Positions 18,169 through 25,949 of a stretch of 64,000 nucleotides of DNA are shown in pieces. The position numbers and the translations under genes are program-made. A model generated the notes under the pieces. It was not told the origin of the DNA, ran no database searches, and was given only the letters and a program-made list of their open reading frames with translations. Source of the stretch: an uncultured Clostridia bacterium (GTDB taxonomy: Bacteria; Bacillota; Clostridia; TANB77; CAG-508); the NCBI GenBank assembly GCA_904378095.1, contig CAJFHE010000007.1:5457-69456 (forward strand). Direction: 5' to 3'. Within the stretch, counting starts at the first letter, position 1; each line of letters opens with the position of its first letter.

Positions 18169-20976
18169 ATGAGTGAAGATAATAACAATAATAATCAAAA
18201 CAATTCTGTAAATGATAATGGCGAATTCGAAAAAATAGATAGAAATCGTTTAAGAGGTAATATAGGGGAAGAAGAAGAAAATGTAGCAAATAATGAGCAG
18301 CCTGAGGAGCAAGAGGTAGAAAACGAAACCAAGCAAGATGATAAGCTTAATGCTCAAGACATGCAGCAAATAGCAAAATCTGGAGCCAGCCTAGCAAAAA
18401 ACGCAGCAACTGGCAATGTGGTGGGCGCAGCAAAAGATGCTCTAAACCTTGCAAAAAACAAAAAGGTAAGAAACAAAATGATTAGGCATGCAATCATACA
18501 ATTTGCTGGACCCTTTCTCCTTATCTTATTCTTAGCAGCTGCAATATTCGGAATATTTGGAGCAGTAGCAGACACAGTAGGAGAAGTCCTGGAAGGTATA
18601 GGTCAAGCTATAGTAGACTTTTTTACAGTCGATGAATCTGATGGAGCAATAATAATATCTGATGAGCAGATAGATACTATTATAAATTCTATTGAGGAGC
18701 AAGGAATAAGTACAGAAGATTTAAAGCTACTTGGGGACTATGAAGAGAATGCATCTGAAGCAGAAAAGCAAAGAGCAGTTAGAAAATATATAAGAAAATT
18801 CTATGAAGCACAAGCATTAACAGAAACCCTAAATTATTATCACTATGATTCGACAAATGATACTACATTCGGAGCGATATATGTGTACAGAGCAAATGGA
18901 GATGTAAATGAAGACATTTCAAATAGAGAAGAAATAACATATATTTCGTATGATAAAATGCAAGAGATGATAGCTAATAACAACATAGAAGCAGCAAAAC
19001 ATTTTAGTATAGATGATTCGGAAAACCTAGTTGTTGCCTCATATAGTGAAACTATAGTACAAAATTCTAATGGGCAAGATAATAGTCATACATATACAGT
19101 AAGTTCAAGAACAATTAATTATAAATCTTTAGTATCACAATATACAACAAAGATGAACTTTTTAATAGATTTGACATTAATATCACAAAATCCTGAGTTT
19201 GTTTCGGCAGTAGTTGACTTGATTAAAGATAGTAGAATAGAAATAACAATAATGGATAATACAACGACAAATGTAAAAACAGTGACAAATAGTTATACTT
19301 TAAATGTACATGTTGAGGCAGACCGTGGAGCGACACCAGGAACATCGGGAAGTTACTATAATGTTGATGATTCATATGAAAGAACATCATCGACTACAAC
19401 TACAACAATAACAAGGACTCCATCTATTCAAATTAATTATGTAAAAACATGGTTTTGTGAGCAAAGAAAGAATTATACCAAAGATATAGATGGACCAAAT
19501 GAAATTTCTAATGTTACAACACATCCAGCAGATGAAGCACAGCCAGAAGGTGACGGAAGCTGGAAAACTAATCAAACAACCACAACAGTCGAAACTAGTA
19601 CAACAGAAAGCTACAAAGACGTAGGAAGTGGCGAAGGCTTAGTATTTACTTTAGGAGAGCAAGGCGATGGAGAAAGATATGAAAATGGAGAAATAGACGA
19701 GCCAACATTTGTAGGATTAATGGAAACAGAATATAGAATACCATATTCAACAAGGGAAGAAGCGGCAGGAACTAATTTAATAAGTGGCGCAGAAATGTTA
19801 TTCTACTTATTGCAAAAAGACCCAGACCTAGAGAATATGGAAATAATTATGAGGTATGCATTTAATCAATACCTAGGATATGAAAAGTATGAGGTTACTT
19901 TAGATGGAAGCATATTTGAGATAAAGGATTTTGTACCATTAAATTCTAGTGGCTCAAGTGATGATTTATTGTTAGAATATATTGGGTATTGGGAGTCAGG
20001 CCCAAATGGACCAAAGAAAAATGCAGATGGAACCAAATATATTATTATAGACGATGGTGTCGGCAACTTAGCAGTAGGCCATGGAGTAGATATTTATAAT
20101 AGTGGAATGGCGTACAAGTTTATCGAAGCAGGATATACTATAGCAGAAGGGGCAGAAGTAGATATAGAATTTGTTGATGCAATAAAATTAGAAATTCTGC
20201 AAAGAAACAAAAATGATGTGAATGCATTGGGATTAGACTTAACAGGATATCAGTTTAATGCTTTAGTATCATTTTGCTATAACTGCGGAAGCACAAGTGA
20301 TTTTAAAACAGCATATAATGCATACTGGAATCAAGAAAGAGACGACAAGTTTGAAGAAAAGGATCCAAATGCAGATTTAACACATCAATTATATACACAA
20401 TATTTTTCACAATACATACATGCAGGAGATCAGGTTTTGCAAGGATTGATAAGACGCAGAAGATCTGAATGGACATTATTTCAGACAGGATATTATGATG
20501 TGTTGAATAAATGGCACCCAGATAGCGGTGATTTAACTGGTGATAGTCAAATTGAAGATGGATATTTTGCATATCCATGTCCAGGACATACATGGAGTAC
20601 ATATTCTGGCCATGAGGGAATAGATATAAGTTGGCCTGGTTGTGAAGGTGAGCCAGTATATGCTGCACAAGCCGGAACAGTATCACTTGTACAAACAGGA
20701 CATGTAAATAATCAAGGAAGTAGCGGTATGGCATCTTATGGTAATTGCGTATTTATTCAGCATGAAAATGGTTGGGAGTCAAGATATGCGCATATGACAT
20801 CAGTAGTCGTATCACAAGGTGAGCATGTAGAGCAGGGGCAACTATTAGGATATATTGGAAATACCGGAAATTCTTATGGTGCCCACCTACATATTTCATT
20901 ATATGACCCATCAGGAAATGAAGGCAGTGGATCACGAAACTGGGCAGAAATTGCTTGGCCACAATATAGAGGATAA
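18169..20976 (+). CDS. bifunctional cell-wall hydrolase: GH24-type lysozyme plus M23 (LytM) endopeptidase, membrane anchored
   Basis: TM at aa about 105-130. Lysozyme-like YWES...GVGNLAVGHG...YQFNALVSFCYNCG. M23 motifs HEGIDIS (20611) and GNTGNSYGAHLHISL. Confidence 0.8.
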   Translation: MSEDNNNNNQNNSVNDNGEFEKIDRNRLRGNIGEEEENVANNEQPEEQEVENETKQDDKLNAQDMQQIAKSGASLAKNAATGNVVGAAKDALNLAKNKKVRNKMIRHAIIQFAGPFLLILFLAAAIFGIFGAVADTVGEVLEGIGQAIVDFFTVDESDGAIIISDEQIDTIINSIEEQGISTEDLKLLGDYEENASEAEKQRAVRKYIRKFYEAQALTETLNYYHYDSTNDTTFGAIYVYRANGDVNEDISNREEITYISYDKMQEMIANNNIEAAKHFSIDDSENLVVASYSETIVQNSNGQDNSHTYTVSSRTINYKSLVSQYTTKMNFLIDLTLISQNPEFVSAVVDLIKDSRIEITIMDNTTTNVKTVTNSYTLNVHVEADRGATPGTSGSYYNVDDSYERTSSTTTTTITRTPSIQINYVKTWFCEQRKNYTKDIDGPNEISNVTTHPADEAQPEGDGSWKTNQTTTTVETSTTESYKDVGSGEGLVFTLGEQGDGERYENGEIDEPTFVGLMETEYRIPYSTREEAAGTNLISGAEMLFYLLQKDPDLENMEIIMRYAFNQYLGYEKYEVTLDGSIFEIKDFVPLNSSGSSDDLLLEYIGYWESGPNGPKKNADGTKYIIIDDGVGNLAVGHGVDIYNSGMAYKFIEAGYTIAEGAEVDIEFVDAIKLEILQRNKNDVNALGLDLTGYQFNALVSFCYNCGSTSDFKTAYNAYWNQERDDKFEEKDPNADLTHQLYTQYFSQYIHAGDQVLQGLIRRRRSEWTLFQTGYYDVLNKWHPDSGDLTGDSQIEDGYFAYPCPGHTWSTYSGHEGIDISWPGCEGEPVYAAQAGTVSLVQTGHVNNQGSSGMASYGNCVFIQHENGWESRYAHMTSVVVSQGEHVEQGQLLGYIGNTGNSYGAHLHISLYDPSGNEGSGSRNWAEIAWPQYRG

Positions 20977-20986
20977 ACTAAAAGTC

Positions 20987-21030
20987 AGTGAAACACTGGT
21001 GATAGTTTTAAAACTGTCACCTTGTTTCAT
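20987..21030 (+). repeat. F2 nested-hairpin element
   Basis: AGTGAAACACTGGTGATAGTTTTAAAACTGTCACCTTGTTTCAT. Inner stem GGTGA(T)AG/CTGTCACC, outer stem TGAAACA/TGTTTCA. Lies 11 nt after the hydrolase stop. Confidence 0.7.
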
Positions 21031-21059
21031 TATATAAAATTATTATGTGAGGAGTAAGT

Positions 21060-22385
21060 ATGAAAATTAAGAAAATAATAATAATATTAATTGTAATTCT
21101 ATTAATTTTAGGGACAGTACTTGCAATATTATTAATAAGTAAAAAAAATACTGAGTATGGCTCTGTTAATGTCCAAGCAGATTTATCAGATATAATTAAC
21201 CAACAAATAACTGAAGTTACTGATATAAATAATTATTATATAGTTAAAAATTATATTAATAGATATTATTTGTACTTAACTAAAACTTCAAATGAAAATG
21301 TGATTACAGCTGAGCCGATTACAACAGAAGAGCAAGAAAGTATTAACAAACAGGCAGTATATAGTATGTTAGATACAACATATATTAATAGTACAAGTTT
21401 AACTGTAGATAATATTTTCAATAATATAGAGCAAATTGATGAATCAACAGTTATAATAGATAAAATGTATTTTGCCCCAATGACTACCAATATGTCAATA
21501 TATCTAGTATCTGGTAAAACAATCGCAGAAGCTACGTCAGAAGAAAAAGAATTCAAAATAATAGTAAAAATGGATATGGCAAATAAAACGCTAAGTTTAA
21601 TTTTAGGAGAAATGGCAGAAGAAATTTTCGATACTAACAGGCTAGGAGATACCTTAAATATTGACACAGAAACAACAATAGAGCCAAATGATTATAACCA
21701 ATATGAATATAACAACATATCCACTGATGAATATATTACAGACATGTTTAATGAATATAAGACATACCTAATTAGCTATAGAGAAGAAGCATATTCGAGA
21801 TTGGACAATGAGTATAGCAGTAAGAAGTTTGCAAATTTTGAAGAATTTAATGAATTTGTAGCACATAAAATAAAGAGCATTGTAATTGCAAAGGCAGATA
21901 AAGTTAGAACAACACAGTATGGAAATTATACACAGTACATAATTAATGACCAATATGGAAATTCATACATTTTTAGAGAAAATGCTGTAATGGACTTTGA
22001 TGTTATTTTAGATGTATATACAGTAGAAATACCTGAGTTAACAGAGCAATATAATAACTCTACAGATGCAGAAAAAGTGTTGATGAATATTCAAAAAGTA
22101 TTTTATGCTATAAATGATGGGGACTATAATTATGTATATAATAAATTAGACAATACATTTAAGCAAAATAATTTCCCTACACTAGAAAGCTTTGAGACAT
22201 ATATGAAAAGCAATTTCTATGAAAATAACAGTATAGGATATTCAAATTATAGAACTAGTGGTAATTTACATATTTATGATATTAGCATAACAGATGCAGA
22301 CAACGAGGAAAGTACTACGGTTACTAAAAATTTCATAATGCAACTATTAGATGGAACAGATTTTGTAATGTCATTTAATGTATAA
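21060..22385 (+). CDS. bitopic membrane protein with NTF2-like segments (second candidate VirB8/TcpC analogue)
   Basis: N-terminal TM. AEKVLMNIQKVFYAINDGDYNYVYNKLDNTFKQNNF is an NTF2-like signature. Confidence 0.3.
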   Translation: MKIKKIIIILIVILLILGTVLAILLISKKNTEYGSVNVQADLSDIINQQITEVTDINNYYIVKNYINRYYLYLTKTSNENVITAEPITTEEQESINKQAVYSMLDTTYINSTSLTVDNIFNNIEQIDESTVIIDKMYFAPMTTNMSIYLVSGKTIAEATSEEKEFKIIVKMDMANKTLSLILGEMAEEIFDTNRLGDTLNIDTETTIEPNDYNQYEYNNISTDEYITDMFNEYKTYLISYREEAYSRLDNEYSSKKFANFEEFNEFVAHKIKSIVIAKADKVRTTQYGNYTQYIINDQYGNSYIFRENAVMDFDVILDVYTVEIPELTEQYNNSTDAEKVLMNIQKVFYAINDGDYNYVYNKLDNTFKQNNFPTLESFETYMKSNFYENNSIGYSNYRTSGNLHIYDISITDADNEESTTVTKNFIMQLLDGTDFVMSFNV

Positions 22386-22402
22386 CAAAATAGAGGTAAA
22401 TA

Positions 22403-23728
22403 ATGAAGAATAATAAAAGAGAAGAAGTAATAAATAATATGCTTAAACTCAGAGAAAGTTTAAGTGAAGGTCTTAAGGAGAACAATCAAGAAATTGAAAA
22501 CATTGGATATTATAAAGACTTTAGATTTAAAGGCACACAATTTGGTGTTAATGATGCTTTTGTTGTAAAAATAAAAGATGATTCTGTACCACAAAAAGAA
22601 ATGGAGCCACGAGAAGCTGAAGAAAAGTATATTTATGAAATATACGATAAAGACAACAACTTGGTTGCAACAGTAGATATCGAAGGAAATGTTAGCTTTG
22701 CGCCTGAATATTTTGAAGGTATGGATGATGCATATTTAGAGGCTCTTGATTTGGAAAATGCGGAGTTTGAGTTGCCAGAAGAGTTAGAAAAAGATGATTT
22801 GGTTTTGACAAAAGGTGAACTAGATGAAATCCAAAACAGTAGAAGAATAGAAGATGTTTCTAAAAAAATCGGAAAAGAAGAAATCAGCTCATATTCTGAG
22901 ATGAAAACAGATCAAAAACCCCTATTTGACAAAATTACAAATAAGCAAGAAATAGACCCAAATACAAGAGTAACGCAAACCGAGACATTGGCTGACATGA
23001 TTCCAGAGCTAAAAGAAAAAGGAATAGTAAAAGTTGGTGTGGTATATTCAGACCATAGCAAAGGCCAAAGCGGTAGATTCTCATTTGTAGGAATTGATAA
23101 AGATGGAAATATACAGAAAATAGACAGTTTGCAGAATATAGAAGGTGCTACAACAGGACAAACAGTAACTTCTATAAATAGTACAGATGGAAGTGTTGTA
23201 GAGCAAGAGCAAGTTGCAGGCATGGTTAGAATTAATGAAAGAAGTAAAGCAAATGGAGAAGAGGAATATTTATCTGTAAAAGTAGGAAACTATGGAATAC
23301 TAGAAGTAGACTATGTAAGAGCAGATTTAAGTAAAGACAAAGACGAAAGATATTTGTCAGCTCCAATTGAAACTCAAAATATGAAACCTACTACAAGAGA
23401 AGTACGCGAGTTTATGGATAAATCAAAGAATACTGATATTTCAGAAGAAATAGAAAGAGCAAATCCAGAAATCGATAGAGATGATGATACACAAATGCAA
23501 AATATTGACGATACTGCAGGTAATGATGAAGTGACACCGGATGATATAATAGTTCTTGAAGATGGAACTAAAACCACATTAAGGCTAGAAGCGGCAAAAG
23601 ATAAAGTATCGCCAGAAGAATTTACAAGAAGGTATAATGAGAATGCAGGGAAAACGCCTGATGAAAAGATTGATAATCTACATGATGAAATAGAGGAAGA
23701 ATTTGGAGCGCCAAGTAGAAATAGATAA
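22403..23728 (+). CDS. acidic soluble protein, unknown function (last gene of the T4SS-like cluster)
   Basis: 441 aa with no TM or signal peptide, D/E-rich. RBS GAGG lies upstream. Confidence 0.5.
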   Translation: MKNNKREEVINNMLKLRESLSEGLKENNQEIENIGYYKDFRFKGTQFGVNDAFVVKIKDDSVPQKEMEPREAEEKYIYEIYDKDNNLVATVDIEGNVSFAPEYFEGMDDAYLEALDLENAEFELPEELEKDDLVLTKGELDEIQNSRRIEDVSKKIGKEEISSYSEMKTDQKPLFDKITNKQEIDPNTRVTQTETLADMIPELKEKGIVKVGVVYSDHSKGQSGRFSFVGIDKDGNIQKIDSLQNIEGATTGQTVTSINSTDGSVVEQEQVAGMVRINERSKANGEEEYLSVKVGNYGILEVDYVRADLSKDKDERYLSAPIETQNMKPTTREVREFMDKSKNTDISEEIERANPEIDRDDDTQMQNIDDTAGNDEVTPDDIIVLEDGTKTTLRLEAAKDKVSPEEFTRRYNENAGKTPDEKIDNLHDEIEEEFGAPSRNR

Positions 23729-23743
23729 TATAAAAAACACATA

Positions 23744-23783
23744 AAAAATCACCTTTAAAAATATAATTAAGAAGGTGATTTTT
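23744..23783 (+). terminator. 12-bp stem hairpin whose 3' arm contains the PBP gene RBS
   Basis: AAAAATCACCTT-N16-AAGGTGATTTTT, with ATG at 23786. Confidence 0.55.
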
Positions 23784-23785
23784 TA

Positions 23786-25204
23786 ATGAGAAATAAACTA
23801 AGTAAGAGAAAAATATATCAGGTTAATAAGTTGATTAATTTAAAAGAAGCGCTATATAAATGTTTAATATCTATAATTGTGCTTATAGCTATTTTAATTG
23901 CTTCCAGTGAAACACTGGTGACAGATTTTAATCTGTCACCTAGTTTTGCTAATGCTCAAGAAAATCTTGTTTTTGGGGACGGAGGAAAAAAACAAGATTT
24001 TATGGTACAAATAAATGAAGAAGATGAAGAAATAGACATTGAAGAGATACAAAAAGAAGTAATAGAAACAAGCTCAAATCCAGAAGAAGCTGATGTGGAC
24101 TCAAGGATAGCATTAATTTATGATAGAGCATCTGGGAAAATTTTATATGAAAAGAATGGAAACAAGCAAACTCCTATGGCAAGCACTACTAAAATAATGA
24201 CTGCTATAGTAGTTTTAGAAAATGCTAATTTAAAAGATGTAGTTACAATAGATTCAAAGGCGGCTGGAATTGGAGGCTCTAGATTAGGACTAAAAAAGAA
24301 TGATAAAATAACAGTAAACGATTTATTATATGGGCTAATGCTCCGCTCTGGAAATGATGCTGCAGTGGCATTAGCAAATTATGTTGGTGGAAGTGTAGAA
24401 AGTTTTGCACAGATGATGAATGAAAAAGCGAAAGAAATGGGACTTACAAATTCTCATTTTATAGTACCACATGGATTGGATAACGATGGGCATTATACAA
24501 CAGCGTATGAGCTTGCAAAAATGGCAGACTATGCATTAAAGATAGATAAATTTAAACAGATAGTAGGCACACAAAACACTACTATATATATTAATGGATA
24601 TGCAAAAGCAATAAATAATACAAATAAATTATTAGGAAGTGTGTCAGGGGTATATGGAGTAAAAACAGGATTTACAAATGGTGCGGGAAGATGTCTGGTA
24701 ACAGCATGTAAGAGAGATGATTTAGACATCGTAACAGTAATTATTGGAGCTGATACAACAAAGCAGAGAACAGCAGATACTATTAAACTAATAAACTATG
24801 CTTATAACAACTTTGAAGTGATAAATATTAAAGAAATTGTAGAAGAAAAATTTGAGCAATGGAAAGCAATAAACCAAAGTAGAATATATGTGAATAAAGG
24901 TATAAAAAATAACGTAGAGTTGCTTTTAGAAGATATGCCTTTTGAAAACATGGCAATTAAAAAGAATAATAAGGATAAAATAGATGTAGAAGTTAATTCG
25001 ATTTTTTATTTAGAAGCATCAGTAGCTAAAAATCAAGTAATTGCAAACATGAAAATAACTATAAATGGAGAGACACTTGAAATATTAGAAGTGTATTCAA
25101 AAGAAGAAATTAGAAAAAAAGAAATGCAAGATTATTTTATAGAGTTTTTGGAAGTGATAAATCTTGTTTTTGGGGACGGAGGAAAAAAACAAGATTTATT
25201 CTAA
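23786..25204 (+). CDS. D-alanyl-D-alanine carboxypeptidase (PBP5/DacF-type) carrying translated repeat elements
   Basis: SxxK (ASTTK), SxN (RSGND), KTG (KTGFT) motifs and an N-terminal TM anchor. Contains F2 and F1 copies in-frame near the N-terminus. A further F1 copy supplies the last 14 codons. Confidence 0.85.
   Translation: MRNKLSKRKIYQVNKLINLKEALYKCLISIIVLIAILIASSETLVTDFNLSPSFANAQENLVFGDGGKKQDFMVQINEEDEEIDIEEIQKEVIETSSNPEEADVDSRIALIYDRASGKILYEKNGNKQTPMASTTKIMTAIVVLENANLKDVVTIDSKAAGIGGSRLGLKKNDKITVNDLLYGLMLRSGNDAAVALANYVGGSVESFAQMMNEKAKEMGLTNSHFIVPHGLDNDGHYTTAYELAKMADYALKIDKFKQIVGTQNTTIYINGYAKAINNTNKLLGSVSGVYGVKTGFTNGAGRCLVTACKRDDLDIVTVIIGADTTKQRTADTIKLINYAYNNFEVINIKEIVEEKFEQWKAINQSRIYVNKGIKNNVELLLEDMPFENMAIKKNNKDKIDVEVNSIFYLEASVAKNQVIANMKITINGETLEILEVYSKEEIRKKEMQDYFIEFLEVINLVFGDGGKKQDLF
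23906..23948 (+). repeat. F2 element translated in-frame (SETLVTDFNLSPSF)
   Basis: AGTGAAACACTGGTGACAGATTTTAATCTGTCACCTAGTTTTG inside the PBP ORF. Confidence 0.75.
23962..24000 (+). repeat. F1 element, exact consensus, translated in-frame (NLVFGDGGKKQDF)
   Basis: AAATCTTGTTTTTGGGGACGGAGGAAAAAAACAAGATTT inside the PBP ORF. Confidence 0.9.
25159..25197 (+). repeat. F1 element, exact consensus, forming the C-terminus of the PBP ORF (NLVFGDGGKKQDLF*)
   Basis: Identical 39-mer. The stop codon (25202-25204) lies just beyond the element. Confidence 0.9.
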
Positions 25205-25294
25205 AAAATGGAGTGACAGTGACAACTTTAAATCTTTCACTCCTTATTTTTAACTATGAAAAATAAAAGAGAGTAAATAAAATTTTCTAGAGTA

Positions 25295-25323
25295 TTGACT
25301 TTTTAATTTTTTTTTGCTATTAT
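25295..25323 (+). promoter_or_regulatory. promoter for tRNA-Gly
   Basis: TTGACT, 17-nt spacer, TATTAT. Confidence 0.5.
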
Positions 25324-25344
25324 ATTAATTGTTCTAATTGTTAT

Positions 25345-25420
25345 GCGGGAATAGCTCAGTTGATAGAGCGCTGCCTTGCCAAGGCAGAGGTCGCGGGTTT
25401 GAGCCCCGTTTCCCGCTCCA
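25345..25420 (+). tRNA. tRNA-Gly (anticodon GCC), CCA encoded
   Basis: Acceptor GCGGGAA/TTCCCGC, anticodon arm CTGCC-TTGCCAA-GGCAG, T-arm GCGGGTTTGAGCCCCGT. Confidence 0.9.
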
Positions 25421-25591
25421 CAAATTCATTTAGACGAAGTTGTTTTTGGAGAAAAGAAAAAACAGCTTTCATTTTTTAATTATAGGATTTATTGATTTTT
25501 GACAATTAAATTTATTATACAATTAGAATTTTTATCTTTGTAATAAATATGTTAGGTAATGCATATTATATAATATATTTAATTATTTCAA

Positions 25592-25666
25592 GGCGACATA
25601 GCCAAGTGGTAAGGCACGAGTCTGCAAAACTCCGATTCCCCGGTTCGAATCCGGGTGTCGCCTCCA
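25592..25666 (+). tRNA. tRNA-Cys (anticodon GCA), CCA encoded
   Basis: Acceptor GGCGACA/TGTCGCC, anticodon loop CTGCAAA, T-arm CCGGTTCGAATCCGG. Confidence 0.88.
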
Positions 25667-25750
25667 ATTTTTTTAATTCGTTATTATTTCAAATCGCAAA
25701 TCACCATATTCCCTAAGTTTTACCTACAAAAAGTGCTAAAATCATTGAAA

Positions 25751-25794
25751 ATATTACAAAAATGTAATATAATTGTAATATGAGCGTTACATAA
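25751..25794 (+). promoter_or_regulatory. phased 11-mer array / palindrome upstream of the adhesin gene
   Basis: ATATTACAAAA ATGTAATATAA TTGTAATATGA GCGTTACATAA. Includes the palindrome ATATTACA-AAAA-TGTAATAT. Confidence 0.5.
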
Positions 25795-25949
25795 AAAACA
25801 TAAATTAAAATATGAATATCCGTAGGCATTATTTTACTTAAATTTAATCATATGGAAAATAAGGAAAATATTGATATTGACTTAGTTACAAAAAATAAGT
25901 AAAATATATAATATATGATATTAAAAGGATTAAAAGGATGGGGAAAAAT

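Noticed and set aside
23981-24004. GGAGG core of F1 acting as a Shine-Dalgarno for a downstream ATG (for example ATG 24002)
   Set aside because: The GGAGG-to-ATG spacing is 16 nt here and no ATG follows most other copies. In half the copies the core is on the opposite strand.
23962-25197. Possibility that the repeated 39-mers are a CRISPR array
   Set aside because: Copies are separated by kilobases and occur in both orientations. They lie after unrelated genes, have no regular spacers, and no cas genes are present.
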